Assembly: GCF_030013205.1 (NCBI RefSeq)
Contig: NZ_CP122648.1
Direction: 5' to 3' (one strand)
Length of the DNA: 64,000 nt
DNA from: Escherichia coli
Lineage (GTDB): Bacteria; Pseudomonadota; Gammaproteobacteria; Enterobacterales; Enterobacteriaceae
Position numbers and translations under genes: made by a program. Shown here one piece after another: positions 29,847 through 43,382 of the stretch (the stretch's first letter is position 1; each line of letters begins with the position of its first letter). Below the pieces are notes generated by a model. It ran no database searches and had not been told where the DNA came from. It saw only the letters and a list, made by a program, of their open reading frames with translations.

Positions 29847-30779
29847 ATGTTACATAAAAAAACGCTTCTTTTCGCAGCATTATCCGCCGCTCTCTGGGGC
29901 GGTGCAACACAGGCCGCAGATGCTGCCGTTGTCGCTTCGCTTAAACCCGTTGGGTTCATCGCTTCTGCCATTGCTGATGGGGTAACAGAAACGGAGGTTT
30001 TACTACCTGACGGCGCTTCAGAACATGATTATTCACTGCGTCCATCAGATGTAAAACGCTTACAGAACGCGGACTTAGTCGTTTGGGTTGGCCCGGAGAT
30101 GGAAGCGTTCATGCAAAAACCGGTAAGTAAATTACCTGAAGCGAAACAGGTAACGATTGCGCAGCTAGAGAATGTGAAACCGCTGCTGATGAAAAGTATT
30201 CACGGCGATGATGATGATCACGACCACGCGGAAAAAAGTGACGAAGATCACCATCACGGCGATTTCAACATGCATCTTTGGCTTTCCCCAGAGATAGCGC
30301 GGGCTACAGCGGTTGCAATCCATGGAAAATTAGTGGAACTTATGCCGCAAAGTCGAGCCAAACTTGACGCCAACCTGAAGGATTTTGAGGCACAATTAGC
30401 CTCAACCGAAAAGCAGGTTGGTAACGAGCTCGCGCCGCTCAAGGGGAAAGGTTATTTCGTTTTTCACGATGCTTACGGCTATTTCGAAAAACAGTTCGGA
30501 CTGACACCGCTTGGTCATTTTACCGTTAACCCTGAGATTCAACCTGGCGCGCAGCGTTTACATGAAATAAGAACACAGTTGGTTGAGCAAAAAGCAACCT
30601 GCGTTTTTGCTGAGCCACAGTTCAGGCCAGCGGTCGTTGAGAGCGTCGCACGAGGGACATCCGTTCGTATGGGAACGTTGGATCCCCTGGGGACGAATAT
30701 CAAACTGGGTAAAACAAGCTATTCAGAATTCCTGAGTCAATTAGCCAACCAGTATGCGAGCTGCCTGAAAGGAGATTAA
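29847..30779 (+). CDS. znuA: Periplasmic zinc-binding protein ZnuA
   Basis: 310 aa from ATG 29847 ([15 protein letters not shown]); His/Asp-rich loop [21 protein letters not shown]; six-frame ORF starts at 29721. Confidence 0.93.
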
Positions 30780-30794
30780 TGAGGAAGTGATTAC

Positions 30795-32117
30795 GTGCAA
30801 CAGATAGCCCGCTCTGTCGCCCTGGCGTTTAATAATTTACCGCGACCACACCGCGTTATGTTGGGGTCGCTCACCGTTCTTACTCTGGCCGTCGCTGTCT
30901 GGCGGCCCTATGTTTATCACCGCGATGCCACGCCAATTGTCAAAACCATTGAGCTGGAACAGAACGAAATTCGTTCGCTCTTACCTGAAGCCAGTGAGCC
31001 GATTGATCAAGCTGCACAAGAAGATGAAGCCATTCCCCAGGATGAACTGGATGACAAAATCGCCGGTGAAGCGGGCGTGCATGAATATGTTGTTTCCACT
31101 GGCGATACGCTAAGCAGCATTCTCAATCAGTATGGTATTGATATGGGTGATATCACCCAACTGGCTGCTGCCGACAAAGAATTGCGTAACCTGAAAATCG
31201 GTCAACAACTCTCCTGGACATTAACCGCGGACGGCGAACTGCAGCGCCTCACCTGGGAAGTGTCTCGTCGTGAAACCCGAACCTATGACCGTACTGCCGC
31301 TAACGGTTTTAAAATGACCAGCGAAATGCAGCAAGGAGAGTGGGTCAACAATCTGCTGAAAGGTACCGTCGGGGGAAGCTTTGTTGCCAGCGCCAGAAAC
31401 GCCGGTTTAACCAGCGCCGAAGTGAGCGCAGTGATTAAAGCCATGCAGTGGCAAATGGATTTCCGCAAACTGAAAAAAGGCGATGAATTTGCGGTGTTAA
31501 TGTCACGAGAAATGCTTGATGGTAAACGTGAGCAAAGCCAACTGCTGGGCGTACGTTTGCGTTCAGAAGGTAAAGATTATTACGCAATCCGCGCTGAAGA
31601 TGGCAAATTCTACGATCGTAACGGTACTGGTCTGGCGAAAGGATTCTTGCGATTCCCGACGGCGAAACAGTTCCGTATCTCGTCTAACTTTAACCCACGT
31701 CGTACTAATCCGGTGACCGGCCGCGTTGCGCCACACAGAGGTGTTGATTTCGCCATGCCACAAGGTACGCCAGTGCTTTCAGTGGGTGACGGTGAAGTGG
31801 TGGTTGCCAAACGCAGTGGCGCAGCAGGTTATTATGTGGCTATTCGTCATGGTCGCAGCTACACCACGCGTTATATGCACTTGCGCAAGATTCTGGTGAA
31901 ACCGGGACAGAAGGTGAAACGTGGCGACCGTATCGCGCTTTCCGGTAATACCGGACGTTCAACCGGGCCGCATCTGCACTATGAAGTATGGATAAACCAG
32001 CAGGCCGTAAACCCGCTGACGGCAAAACTGCCGCGTACCGAAGGGCTGACCGGCTCCGATCGTCGCGAATTCCTGGCGCAGGCCAAAGAGATTGTGCCGC
32101 AGCTACGGTTTGATTAA
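30795..32117 (+). CDS. mepM: Murein DD-endopeptidase MepM (YebA), LysM + M23 peptidase
   Basis: 440 aa, GTG start; M23 motifs HRGVDFA and GPHLHYEV. Confidence 0.94.
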
Positions 32118-32236
32118 TTAACATCCATTCGCAGCCGGTACGCAGTCAGTACCGGCTTTTTTTATTTGGTGCGGGGCAAGTTGCGCCGCTACACTATCAC
32201 CAGATTGATTTTTGCCTTATCCGAAACTGGAAAAGC

Positions 32237-33208
32237 ATGGAAACGAAAAAAAATAATAGCGAATACATTCCTGAGTTTGATAAATCCTTTCGCCACCCGC
32301 GCTACTGGGGAGCATGGCTGGGCGTAGCAGCGATGGCGGGTATTGCTTTAACGCCGCCAAAGTTTCGCGACCCCATTCTGGCACGGCTGGGACGTTTTGC
32401 CGGACGCCTGGGAAAAAGCTCACGCCGTCGTGCGTTAATCAATTTGTCGCTCTGCTTTCCAGAACGTAGTGAAGCTGAACGCGAAGCGATTGTTGATGAG
32501 ATGTTTGCCACTGCGCCGCAAGCGATGGCAATGATGGCTGAGTTGGCAATACGCGGGCCGGAGAAAATTCAGCCGCGCGTTGACTGGCAAGGGCTGGAGA
32601 TCATCGAAGAGATGCGGCGTAATAACGAGAAAGTGATCTTTCTGGTGCCGCACGGTTGGGCCGTCGATATTCCTGCCATGCTGATGGCCTCGCAAGGGCA
32701 GAAAATGGCAGCGATGTTCCATAATCAGGGCAACCCGGTTTTTGATTATGTCTGGAACACGGTGCGTCGTCGTTTTGGCGGTCGTCTGCATGCGAGAAAT
32801 GATGGTATTAAACCATTCATCCAGTCGGTACGTCAGGGCTACTGGGGATATTATTTACCCGATCAGGATCATGGCCCAGAGCACAGCGAATTTGTTGATT
32901 TCTTTGCCACCTATAAAGCGACGTTGCCCGCGATTGGTCGTTTGATGAAAGTGTGTCGTGCGCGCGTTGTACCGCTGTTTCCGATTTATGATGGCAAGAC
33001 GCATCGTCTGACGATTCAGGTGCGCCCACCGATGGATGATCTGTTAGAGGCGGATGATCATACAATTGCGCGGCGGATGAATGAAGAAGTCGAGATTTTT
33101 GTTGGTCCGCGACCAGAACAATACACCTGGATATTAAAATTGCTGAAAACTCGCAAACCGGGCGAAATCCAACCGTATAAGCGCAAAGATCTTTATCCCA
33201 TCAAATAA
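32237..33208 (+). CDS. lpxM: Lipid A myristoyltransferase LpxM (MsbB)
   Basis: 323 aa; [25 protein letters not shown]... Confidence 0.94.
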
Positions 33209-33298
33209 AAAAAGCCTCTCGCGAGGAGAGGCTTCCGCCTTGTGATAAGTTCAAGTTTGCTTCAGAAGATTCGAAATCTGTTGAACTATAATTGAACT

Positions 33299-33336
33299 GT
33301 AGGCCGGATGAGGCGTTTTCGCCGCATCCGGCAACG
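33299..33336. repeat. REP element between lpxM and pykA
   Basis: gtaggccggatgaggcgttttcgccgcatccggcaacg. Confidence 0.7.
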
Positions 33337-33339
33337 TAC

Positions 33340-34782
33340 TTACTCTACCGTTAAAATACGCGTGGTATTAGTAGAACCCACGGTACTCATCACGTCGCCC
33401 TGGGTGACAATCACCAGGTCACCAGACATCAAGTAACCTTTATCGCGCAGCAGATTAACCGCTTCGCTGGCAGCTGCTACGCCGTCATTAGCGCTATCGA
33501 AGTGCACCGGCGTAACGCCGCGATAGAGAGCAGTCAGGTTCAGCGTACGTTCATGGCGTGACATGGCGAAAATTGGCAGACCAGAGCTGATACGGGAGGT
33601 CATCAGCGCGGTACGACCCGATTCGGTCATGGTGATGATCGCCGTAACGCCTTTCAGGTGGTTAGCCGCGTACATTGCTGACATGGCAATAGCTTCTTCC
33701 ACATTGTCGAACTGAACGTCCAGACGGTGTTTAGAAACGTTGATGCTCGGGATTTTTTCCGCACCCAGGCAAACGCGCGCCATGGCTGCAACAGTTTCTG
33801 AAGGATACTGACCAGCAGCAGTTTCTGCAGACAGCATCACAGCGTCAGTACCATCCAGAACGGCGTTTGCTACGTCCATGACTTCTGCACGCGTCGGCAT
33901 CGGGTTAGTAATCATTGACTCCATCATCTGGGTCGCCGTGATTACTGCGCGGTTAAGCTGACGCGCACGACGGATCAATGCTTTCTGAATGCCGACCAGT
34001 TCCGGGTCGCCAATTTCCACACCGAGGTCGCCACGTGCAACCATTACCACGTCAGAGGCGAGGATGATGTCATCCATTGCATCCTGGCTGCAAACGGCTT
34101 CCGCACGTTCAACCTTGGCAACAATTTTCGCATCACAGCCTGCATCGCGTGCCAGGCGACGGGCATAGTTCAGATCTTCGCCGCAGCGTGGGAAGGAGAC
34201 AGCCAGGTAATCTACGCCAATTAACGCCGCAGTCTTAATGTCTGCTTTGTCTTTTTCGGTCAGCGCTTCAGCCGACAAACCGCCGCCAAGTTTGTTGATA
34301 CCTTTATTGTTGGAGAGGGGACCACCGACGGTGACTTCGGTGAACACTTTCATGCCCTGAACTTCCAGTACTTTTAACTGGACGCGACCATCGTCCAGCA
34401 GCAGGATGTCACCAGGCACGACGTCAGCAGGCAGGCCTTTGTAGTCGATACCGACTTTTTCTTTGTCGCCTTCACCTTTACCCAGGTTGGCGTCGAGCAG
34501 GAATTTATCCCCAATATTGAGGAAAACTTTGCCTTCTTTAAAGGTGGATACACGAATTTTGGGCCCCTGGAGGTCACCCAGAATAGCCACATGACGCCCC
34601 AGTTTTGCGGCAATTTCACGAACTTTATCCGCGCGCATTTTGTGATCTTCAGGCGAGCCGTGAGAAAAGTTCATACGTACAACGTTGGCACCCGCTGCGA
34701 TAACTTTTTCAAGATTATTATCGCGATCTGTTGCTGGGCCTAACGTGGTAACGATTTTTGTTCTGCGAAGCCTTCTGGACAT
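33340..34782 (-). CDS. pykA: Pyruvate kinase II
   Basis: 480 aa from ATG at 34782 ([19 protein letters not shown]); six-frame ORF has a 55-codon extension. Confidence 0.95.
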
Positions 34783-34909
34783 GTAATACTCCGTTGACTG
34801 AAACAACCAGGTGTTGCTTGAACATGAAATCCGAATGAAATAACGCCGCGATGGCGATAAATTAATCTCATTCGGATGTCGTATAAGATTAGGACAGTGA
34901 CAGTCGTTT

Positions 34910-35779
34910 TTAGCGATCGTCACATAAATTAAGTAACTGCTTATCAAAACGCGATTCCTTCAGCGCTTCCTTGACCCGCTTCAAGTTATCTCTGAATTTT
35001 GCACCGCGTCGCAAAGTAAATCCTGTCGCCAGCACATCTATCACGGTCAGCTGTGCAAGTCGAGAAACCATGGGCATATAAATGTCAGTATCTTCCGGTA
35101 CGTCGAGGGTAATTGCTAGCGTGGCTTCCCGGGCGAGCGGGGTACCTGCAGAGGTGAGGGCAATCACCATGGCGTCGTTTTCGCGTGCCAGCTGCGCCAG
35201 CTCGACCAGATTTTTTGTTCTTCCCGTGTGAGAAATCAGCACCACCACGTCTCCGTCGCTACAATTCATACAACTCATGCGTTGCAGCACAATATCATCG
35301 GAGTACACCACCGGAACATTAAAACGAAAGAACTTATTCATCGCATCGTGGGCAACGGCGGCTGAAGAGCCTAATCCGAAAAAGGCGATTTTTTTTGCCT
35401 GAGTGAGCAAGTCGACGGCGCGGTTGATGGCAGATTTATCCAGTGAATGACGGACATGATCGAGCGTTGCCATTGCGGACTCAAATATTTTCCCCGTGTA
35501 TGATTCAACGCTGTCATCTTCATTGACGTTGCGATTAACATAGGGAGTGCCATTCGCCAGACTTTGTGCCAGATGAAGTTTAAAATCAGGAAAACCGCGC
35601 GTGTCCATGCTGCGACAGAAACGATTCACCGTCGGTTCGCTAACATTGGCTTCCAGCGCCAGAGCAGCAATACTCGAATGGATCGCGTTATCGGGCGAAG
35701 CCAGAATGACCTCGGCAACTTTGCGCTCTGATTTGCTCAAATGTTCCAGCTGAGACTGGATTTTTTCCAGCATATTCAT
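34910..35779 (-). CDS. hexR: RpiR-family transcriptional regulator HexR (HTH + SIS domain)
   Basis: 289 aa; divergent from zwf. Confidence 0.93.
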
Positions 35780-36054
35780 GATGTAAAGAGACTCACGGGT
35801 AATGACGATTTCCGCACTGAAAGAAATCGAAATGCAGTTTTGTCAGATATTACGCCTGTGTGCTGTGTTAATGACAAAAGCAGATAAAAAAGTTGTTATT
35901 TTTTTTCATAACATGATCAGTGTCAGATTTTTACCCAATGGAAAACGATGATTTTTTTATCAGTTTTGCCGCACTTTGCGCGCTTTTACCGTAATCGCAC
36001 GGGTGGATAAGCGTTTACAGTTTTCGCAAGCTCGTAAAAGCAGTACAGTGCACC

Positions 36055-36070
36055 GTAAGAAAATTACAAG
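36055..36070. promoter_or_regulatory. Candidate HexR operator upstream of zwf
   Basis: GTAAGAAAATTACAAG, an imperfect GTAA-N7-TTAC palindrome about 50 nt upstream of the zwf start. Confidence 0.4.
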
Positions 36071-36116
36071 TATACCCTGGCTTAAGTACCGGGATAGTTA
36101 ACTTAAGGAGAATGAC

Positions 36117-37592
36117 ATGGCGGTAACGCAAACAGCCCAGGCCTGTGACCTGGTCATTTTCGGCGCGAAAGGCGACCTTGCGCGTCGTAAATTGCTGCCT
36201 TCCCTGTATCAACTGGAAAAAGCCGGTCAGCTCAACCCGGACACCCGGATTATCGGCGTAGGGCGTGCTGACTGGGATAAAGCGGCTTATACCAAAGTTG
36301 TCCGCGAGGCGCTCGAAACTTTCATGAAAGAAACCATTGATGAAGGTTTATGGGACACCCTGAGTGCACGTCTGGATTTTTGTAATCTCGATGTCAATGA
36401 CACTGCTGCATTCAGCCGTCTCGGCGCGATGCTGGATCAAAAAAATCGTATCACCATTAACTACTTTGCCATGCCGCCCAGCACTTTTGGCGCAATTTGC
36501 AAAGGGCTTGGCGAGGCAAAACTGAATGCTAAACCGGCACGCGTAGTCATGGAGAAACCGCTGGGGACGTCGCTGGCGACCTCGCAGGAAATCAACGATC
36601 AGGTTGGCGAATACTTCGAGGAGTGCCAGGTTTACCGTATCGACCACTATCTTGGTAAAGAAACGGTGCTGAACCTGTTGGCGCTGCGTTTTGCTAACTC
36701 TCTGTTTGTGAACAACTGGGACAATCGCACCATCGATCATGTTGAGATTACCGTGGCAGAAGAAGTGGGGATCGAAGGGCGCTGGGGCTATTTTGATAAA
36801 GCCGGTCAGATGCGCGACATGATCCAGAACCACCTGCTACAAATTCTCTGCATGATTGCGATGTCTCCGCCGTCTGACCTGAGCGCAGACAGCATCCGCG
36901 ATGAAAAAGTGAAAGTACTGAAGTCTCTGCGCCGTATTGACCGCTCCAACGTACGCGAAAAAACCGTACGCGGGCAATATACTGCGGGCTTCGCCCAGGG
37001 CAAAAAAGTGCCGGGATATCTGGAAGAAGAGGGCGCGAACAAGAGCAGCAATACAGAAACCTTCGTGGCGATCCGCGTCGACATTGATAACTGGCGCTGG
37101 GCCGGTGTGCCATTCTACCTGCGTACTGGTAAACGTCTGCCGACCAAATGCTCTGAAGTCGTGGTCTATTTCAAAACACCTGAACTGAATCTGTTTAAAG
37201 AGTCGTGGCAGGATCTACCGCAAAATAAACTGACTATCCGTCTGCAACCTGATGAAGGCGTGGATATCCAGGTACTGAATAAAGTTCCTGGCCTGGACCA
37301 CAAACATAACCTGCAAATCACCAAGCTGGACCTGAGCTATTCAGAAACCTTTAATCAGACGCATCTGGCGGATGCCTATGAACGTCTGCTGCTGGAAACC
37401 ATGCGTGGTATTCAGGCACTGTTTGTTCGTCGTGATGAAGTGGAAGAAGCCTGGAAATGGGTAGACTCCATTACTGAGGCGTGGGCGATGGACAATGATG
37501 CGCCGAAACCGTATCAGGCCGGAACCTGGGGACCTGTTGCCTCAGTGGCGATGATCACCCGTGATGGTCGTTCCTGGAATGAGTTTGAGTAA
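36117..37592 (+). CDS. zwf: Glucose-6-phosphate 1-dehydrogenase
   Basis: 491 aa; motifs [11 protein letters not shown] and RIDHYLGKE. Confidence 0.97.
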   Translation: MAVTQTAQACDLVIFGAKGDLARRKLLPSLYQLEKAGQLNPDTRIIGVGRADWDKAAYTKVVREALETFMKETIDEGLWDTLSARLDFCNLDVNDTAAFSRLGAMLDQKNRITINYFAMPPSTFGAICKGLGEAKLNAKPARVVMEKPLGTSLATSQEINDQVGEYFEECQVYRIDHYLGKETVLNLLALRFANSLFVNNWDNRTIDHVEITVAEEVGIEGRWGYFDKAGQMRDMIQNHLLQILCMIAMSPPSDLSADSIRDEKVKVLKSLRRIDRSNVREKTVRGQYTAGFAQGKKVPGYLEEEGANKSSNTETFVAIRVDIDNWRWAGVPFYLRTGKRLPTKCSEVVVYFKTPELNLFKESWQDLPQNKLTIRLQPDEGVDIQVLNKVPGLDHKHNLQITKLDLSYSETFNQTHLADAYERLLLETMRGIQALFVRRDEVEEAWKWVDSITEAWAMDNDAPKPYQAGTWGPVASVAMITRDGRSWNEFE

Positions 37593-37670
37593 TATCTGCG
37601 CTCATCCTTTATGGTTATTTTACCGGTAACATGATCTTGCACAGATTGTAGAACAATTTTTACACTTTCA

Positions 37671-37707
37671 GGCCTCGTGCGGATTCACCCACGAGGCTTT
37701 TTTTATT
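37671..37707 (+). terminator. Rho-independent terminator-like hairpin downstream of zwf
   Basis: gcctcgtg-cggattcaccc-acgaggc followed by a T7 run. Confidence 0.7.
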
Positions 37708-37826
37708 ACACTGCCTGAAACGTTTTTGCCCTATGAGCTCCGGTTACAGGCGTTTCAGTCATAAATCCTCTGAATGAAACGCGTTGTGAATCATCCTGCT
37801 CTGACAACTCAATTTCAGGAGCCTTT

Positions 37827-39638
37827 ATGAATCCACAATTGTTACGCGTAACAAATCGAATCATTGAACGTTCGCGCGAGACTCGCTCTGCTTACCTCGC
37901 CCGGATAGAACAAGCGAAAACTTCGACCGTTCATCGTTCGCAGTTGGCATGCGGTAACCTGGCACACGGTTTCGCTGCCTGCCAGCCAGAAGACAAAGCC
38001 TCTTTGAAAAGCATGTTGCGTAACAATATCGCCATCATCACCTCCTATAACGACATGCTCTCCGCGCACCAGCCTTATGAACACTATCCAGAAATCATTC
38101 GTAAAGCCCTGCATGAAGCAAATGCGGTTGGTCAGGTTGCAGGCGGTGTTCCGGCGATGTGTGATGGTGTCACCCAGGGGCAGGATGGAATGGAATTGTC
38201 GCTGTTAAGCCGCGAAGTGATTGCGATGTCTGCGGCGGTGGGGCTGTCCCATAACATGTTTGATGGTGCTCTGTTCCTCGGTGTGTGCGACAAGATTGTC
38301 CCGGGTCTGACGATGGCAGCCCTGTCGTTTGGGCATTTGCCTGCGGTGTTTGTGCCGTCTGGACCGATGGCAAGCGGTTTGCCAAATAAAGAAAAAGTGC
38401 GTATTCGCCAGCTTTATGCCGAAGGTAAAGTGGACCGCATGGCATTACTGGAGTCAGAAGCCGCGTCTTATCATGCGCCGGGAACATGTACTTTCTACGG
38501 TACTGCCAACACCAACCAGATGGTGGTGGAGTTTATGGGGATGCAGTTGCCAGGCTCTTCTTTTGTTCATCCGGATTCTCCGCTGCGCGATGCTTTGACC
38601 GCAGCCGCTGCGCGCCAGGTTACACGCATGACCGGTAATGGTAATGAATGGATGCCGATCGGTAAGATGATAGATGAGAAAGTGGTAGTGAACGGTATCG
38701 TTGCACTGCTGGCGACCGGTGGTTCCACTAACCACACCATGCACCTGGTGGCGATGGCACGCGCGGCCGGTATTCAGATTAACTGGGATGACTTCTCTGA
38801 CCTTTCTGATGTTGTACCGCTGATGGCACGTCTCTACCCGAACGGTCCGGCCGATATTAACCACTTCCAGGCGGCAGGTGGCGTACCGGTTCTGGTGCGT
38901 GAACTGCTCAAAGCAGGCCTGCTGCATGAAGATGTCAATACGGTGGCAGGCTTTGGTCTGTCTCGTTATACCCTTGAACCATGGCTGAATAATGGTGAAC
39001 TGGACTGGCGGGAAGGGGCGGAAAAATCACTCGACAGCAATGTGATCGCTTCCTTCGAACAACCTTTCTCTCATCATGGTGGGACAAAAGTGTTAAGCGG
39101 TAACCTGGGCCGTGCGGTTATGAAAACCTCTGCCGTGCCGGTTGAGAACCAGGTGATTGAAGCGCCTGCGGTTGTTTTTGAAAGCCAGCATGACGTTATG
39201 CCGGCCTTTGAAGCGGGTTTGCTGGACCGCGATTGTGTCGTTGTTGTCCGTCATCAGGGGCCAAAAGCGAACGGAATGCCAGAATTACATAAACTCATGC
39301 CGCCACTTGGTGTATTATTGGACCGGTGTTTCAAAATTGCGTTAGTTACTGATGGACGACTCTCCGGCGCTTCAGGTAAAGTGCCGTCAGCTATCCACGT
39401 AACACCAGAAGCCTACGATGGCGGGCTGCTGGCAAAAGTGCGCGACGGGGACATCATTCGTGTGAATGGACAGACAGGCGAACTGACGCTGCTGGTAGAC
39501 GAAGCGGAACTGGCTGCTCGCGAACCGCACATTCCTGACCTGAGCGCGTCACGCGTGGGAACAGGACGTGAATTATTCAGCGCCTTGCGTGAAAAACTGT
39601 CCGGTGCCGAACAGGGCGCAACCTGTATCACTTTTTAA
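37827..39638 (+). CDS. edd: Phosphogluconate dehydratase (Entner-Doudoroff)
   Basis: 603 aa; IlvD/Edd family. Confidence 0.96.
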   Translation: MNPQLLRVTNRIIERSRETRSAYLARIEQAKTSTVHRSQLACGNLAHGFAACQPEDKASLKSMLRNNIAIITSYNDMLSAHQPYEHYPEIIRKALHEANAVGQVAGGVPAMCDGVTQGQDGMELSLLSREVIAMSAAVGLSHNMFDGALFLGVCDKIVPGLTMAALSFGHLPAVFVPSGPMASGLPNKEKVRIRQLYAEGKVDRMALLESEAASYHAPGTCTFYGTANTNQMVVEFMGMQLPGSSFVHPDSPLRDALTAAAARQVTRMTGNGNEWMPIGKMIDEKVVVNGIVALLATGGSTNHTMHLVAMARAAGIQINWDDFSDLSDVVPLMARLYPNGPADINHFQAAGGVPVLVRELLKAGLLHEDVNTVAGFGLSRYTLEPWLNNGELDWREGAEKSLDSNVIASFEQPFSHHGGTKVLSGNLGRAVMKTSAVPVENQVIEAPAVVFESQHDVMPAFEAGLLDRDCVVVVRHQGPKANGMPELHKLMPPLGVLLDRCFKIALVTDGRLSGASGKVPSAIHVTPEAYDGGLLAKVRDGDIIRVNGQTGELTLLVDEAELAAREPHIPDLSASRVGTGRELFSALREKLSGAEQGATCITF

Positions 39639-39674
39639 GACGACAAATTTGTAATCAGGCGAGAGAAAACTCTG

Positions 39675-40316
39675 ATGAAAAACTGGAAAACAAGTGCAGA
39701 ATCAATCCTGACCACCGGCCCGGTTGTACCGGTTATCGTGGTAAAAAAACTGGAACACGCGGTGCCGATGGCAAAAGCGTTGGTTGCTGGTGGGGTGCGC
39801 GTTCTGGAAGTGACTCTGCGTACCGAGTGTGCAGTTGACGCTATCCGTGCTATCGCCAAAGAAGTGCCTGAAGCGATTGTGGGTGCCGGTACGGTGCTGA
39901 ATCCACAGCAGCTGGCAGAAGTCACCGAAGCGGGTGCACAGTTCGCAATTAGCCCGGGGCTGACCGAGCCGCTGCTGAAGGCTGCTACCGAAGGGACTAT
40001 TCCTCTGATTCCGGGGATCAGCACTGTTTCCGAACTGATGCTGGGTATGGACTACGGTTTGAAAGAGTTCAAATTCTTCCCGGCTGAAGCTAACGGCGGT
40101 GTGAAAGCCCTGCAGGCGATCGCGGGTCCGTTCTCCCAGGTCCGTTTCTGCCCGACAGGTGGTATTTCTCCGGCTAACTACCGTGACTACCTGGCGCTGA
40201 AAAGCGTGCTGTGCATCGGTGGTTCCTGGCTGGTTCCGGCAGATGCGCTGGAAGCGGGCGATTACGACCGCATTACTAAGCTGGCGCGTGAAGCTGTAGA
40301 AGGCGCTAAGCTGTAA
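39675..40316 (+). CDS. eda: KDPG / KHG aldolase
   Basis: 213 aa; [23 protein letters not shown]... Confidence 0.96.
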
Positions 40317-40322
40317 AAGTCA

Positions 40323-40350
40323 AAATGCCCGATCCTCGATCGGGCATTTT
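40323..40350. terminator. Bidirectional terminator between convergent eda and purT
   Basis: aaaatgcccgatc-ctc-gatcgggcatttt perfect hairpin. Confidence 0.85.
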
Positions 40351-40370
40351 GGTAGCGTTTTTCGCCGGGG

Positions 40371-41549
40371 CTAAGCTTGTACTTTTATCTGTGCTGCGGC
40401 GTGCTTTGCGCGCTCAATCGCTTCATCAACACTCTCTGCAGTAGCCAGTGCCACCCCCAGACGACGGCTGCCATCAATTTCCGGCTTACCAAATAAACGA
40501 ATCTGCAAACCTGCGCCTACGGCATTCTGCACATTATCAAACGTGACATTCTCACTGGTCAGTTGTGGCAGGATAACGGCAGAAGCTGCAGGACCATACT
40601 GACGGATCCCGCCAACCGGAAGTCCGAGAAAGGCTCGCACATGCAGGGCAAACTCCGAGAGATCCTGAGAAATTAACGTCACCATCCCGGTATCATGTGG
40701 GCGAGGGGAGACCTCACTGAAAATCACCTCATCACCACAGACAAACAGCTCGACACCAAACAGACCATAACCGCCCAGTGCCAGCACCACTTTACGGGCA
40801 ATCTCCTGCGCACGTTCCAAAGCCAGCTGGCTCATTTGCTGTGGTTGCCAGGATTCACGATAGTCGCCATCTTCCTGGCGATGACCTACCGGTGCACAGA
40901 AATGGACGCCATCCACCGCGCTGACGGTTAGCAGGGTAATTTCGAAATCAAACTTAACGACGCCTTCAACAATTACGCGGCCCGCACCGGCGCGACCGCC
41001 TTGCTGAGCGTACTCCCATGCATGAGCAAGTTGCTCTGCAGAACGAATAAACGTCTGCCCCTTGCCGGAGGAACTCATCACCGGTTTAACAATGCAGGGA
41101 TAGCCGATTTCAGCAACCGCCTCGCGGAAAAGGTTTTCGTTATCGGCAAAACGATAAGTGGAAGTGGGCAGCTGCAGCTCTTCTGCCGCCAGGCGACGGA
41201 TACCCTCGCGATTCATCGTTAATTTCGTTGCGCGCGCGCAGGGGACAACATTCAGTCCTTCCTCTTCAAGTTGGATCAGCATATCGGTGGCAATAGCTTC
41301 GATCTCCGGCACGATATAATGTGGTTTTTCCAGTTCAACCACACGGCGTAATGCATCACCATCAAGCATATTAATGACATGGGAGCGATGCGCGACATGC
41401 ATGGCTGGTGCGTCGGCATAGCGATCGACGGCAATCACCTCTACGCCGAGACGCTGACACTCGATTGCCACTTCTTTACCCAGTTCACCGGAGCCTAATA
41501 ACATCACGCGAGTTGCTGCCGGACGCAGCGCAGTGCCTAATAACGTCAT
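40371..41549 (-). CDS. purT: Formate-dependent GAR transformylase PurT
   Basis: 392 aa; ATP-grasp. Confidence 0.96.
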   Translation of the reverse strand: MTLLGTALRPAATRVMLLGSGELGKEVAIECQRLGVEVIAVDRYADAPAMHVAHRSHVINMLDGDALRRVVELEKPHYIVPEIEAIATDMLIQLEEEGLNVVPCARATKLTMNREGIRRLAAEELQLPTSTYRFADNENLFREAVAEIGYPCIVKPVMSSSGKGQTFIRSAEQLAHAWEYAQQGGRAGAGRVIVEGVVKFDFEITLLTVSAVDGVHFCAPVGHRQEDGDYRESWQPQQMSQLALERAQEIARKVVLALGGYGLFGVELFVCGDEVIFSEVSPRPHDTGMVTLISQDLSEFALHVRAFLGLPVGGIRQYGPAASAVILPQLTSENVTFDNVQNAVGAGLQIRLFGKPEIDGSRRLGVALATAESVDEAIERAKHAAAQIKVQA

Positions 41550-41586
41550 AACGAATATCCCCTGATTAATTCCGCGCGCAGTATAA

Positions 41587-41602
41587 ACGAAAACGTTTGC
41601 GC
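41587..41602. promoter_or_regulatory. PurR box upstream of purT
   Basis: ACGAAAACGTTTGCGC matches the recalled PurR operator ACGCAAACGTTTGCGT at 14 of 16; 38-53 nt upstream of purT. Confidence 0.7.
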
Positions 41603-41647
41603 GTGTCTTTATTGCTGATGTTGATTTCCCAACCGAAAAGAAATATA

Positions 41648-41663
41648 CTGTATAAAATCACAG
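41648..41663. promoter_or_regulatory. LexA (SOS) box upstream of yebG
   Basis: CTGTATAAAATCACAG (CTGT-N8-ACAG) 20 nt upstream of the yebG start. Confidence 0.85.
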
Positions 41664-41682
41664 TTATTATGAGAGGCTGCAA

Positions 41683-41973
41683 ATGGCGGTTGAAGTTAAA
41701 TACGTAGTCATTCGTGAGGGCGAAGAGAAAATGTCGTTTACCAGCAAAAAGGAAGCCGATGCTTATGACAAAATGCTTGATACGGCGGATCTGCTTGACA
41801 CCTGGCTGACAAATTCTCCAGTGCAAATGGAAGACGAGCAACGTGAAGCCCTTTCGCTATGGCTGGCAGAACAAAAAGATGTGCTGAGCACCATTCTGAA
41901 AACCGGCAAATTACCGTCCCCACAGGTCGTCGGTGCTGAATCCGAAGAGGAAGATGCCTCACACGCGGCCTGA
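41683..41973 (+). CDS. yebG: SOS-inducible protein YebG
   Basis: 96 aa; MAVEVKYVVIREGEEKMSFTSKKEADAYDKML... Confidence 0.92.
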   Translation: MAVEVKYVVIREGEEKMSFTSKKEADAYDKMLDTADLLDTWLTNSPVQMEDEQREALSLWLAEQKDVLSTILKTGKLPSPQVVGAESEEEDASHAA

Positions 41974-41991
41974 AGCAACTTGCGCTCCTGA

Positions 41992-42396
<405 letters not shown>

Positions 42397-42420
42397 TGGC
42401 CTCTGATAATTCGATTGACC

Positions 42421-42508
42421 GTCGGCGGATGCGGCGCGAATGCCTTGTCCGCCCCACAACGCACCACAATCGTAGGCCTGAGAAGACGCAACAGCGTCGC
42501 ATCGGGCA
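42421..42508. repeat. BIME (two REP units) between yebF and yebE
   Basis: cggcggatgcggcgcgaatgccttgtccgcc and gtaggcctgagaagacgcaacagcgtcgcatcgggca. Confidence 0.6.
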
Positions 42509-42722
42509 ATCAGCGTCAAACAGTGCCACTCAAAACGTCAAACTACTTTCACCTAAAATACCCTTATCACCTGATATACAGTAAACACCTTACCTGGCGC
42601 GAATTTCTTTGAATAACGGTCTACCGCCCCGCTTATTTTCGCATCTTTTGTCTCGATATACATTTTCTGACATCCTCATCCGCTATGCTACAGGCACTAA
42701 AAATGGTTATTGAGGAGCAAAT

Positions 42723-43382
42723 ATGGCTAACTGGTTAAATCAACTGCAATCCCTGCTTGGGCAAAGCAGTTCTTCTGCCTCCTCGTCTGCGGATCAGGGA
42801 TTGGGCAAACTTTTAGTGCCAGGCGCATTAGGCGGACTGGCTGGGCTGCTGGTCGCAAATAAATCAGCACGTAAATTTCTTACGAAATATGGCACCAACG
42901 CGTTACTGGTTGGCGGCGGAGCGGTCGCGGGTACGGTGCTGTGGAATAAATACAAAGATAAAATTCGCGCGGCGCATCAGGACGAACCGCAGTTTGGCGC
43001 GCAAAGTACGCCGCTGGATGAGCGTACGGAACGTTTGATCCTTGCGCTGGTCTTTGCCGCTAAAAGTGATGGTCATATTGATGCCAAAGAACGTGCGGCA
43101 ATCGATCAGCAATTGCGTGAAGCCGGTGTGGAAGAACAGGGGCGTGTACTCATTGAGCAGGCAATCGAACAACCGCTGGATCCACAACGCCTGGCTACCG
43201 GGGTCCGCAATGAAGAAGAGGCGCTGGAAATCTATTTCCTGAGCTGCGCGGCTATTGATATTGACCATTTTATGGAACGCAGTTACCTGAATGCACTGGG
43301 TGACGCGCTGAAAATCCCCCAGGACGTTCGTGAAGGCATTGAACGCGATCTCGAACAACAAAAACGCACTTTGGCGGAATAA
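42723..43382 (+). CDS. yebE: Inner membrane protein YebE (DUF533)
   Basis: 219 aa; [25 protein letters not shown]... Confidence 0.9.
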   Translation: MANWLNQLQSLLGQSSSSASSSADQGLGKLLVPGALGGLAGLLVANKSARKFLTKYGTNALLVGGGAVAGTVLWNKYKDKIRAAHQDEPQFGAQSTPLDERTERLILALVFAAKSDGHIDAKERAAIDQQLREAGVEEQGRVLIEQAIEQPLDPQRLATGVRNEEEALEIYFLSCAAIDIDHFMERSYLNALGDALKIPQDVREGIERDLEQQKRTLAE

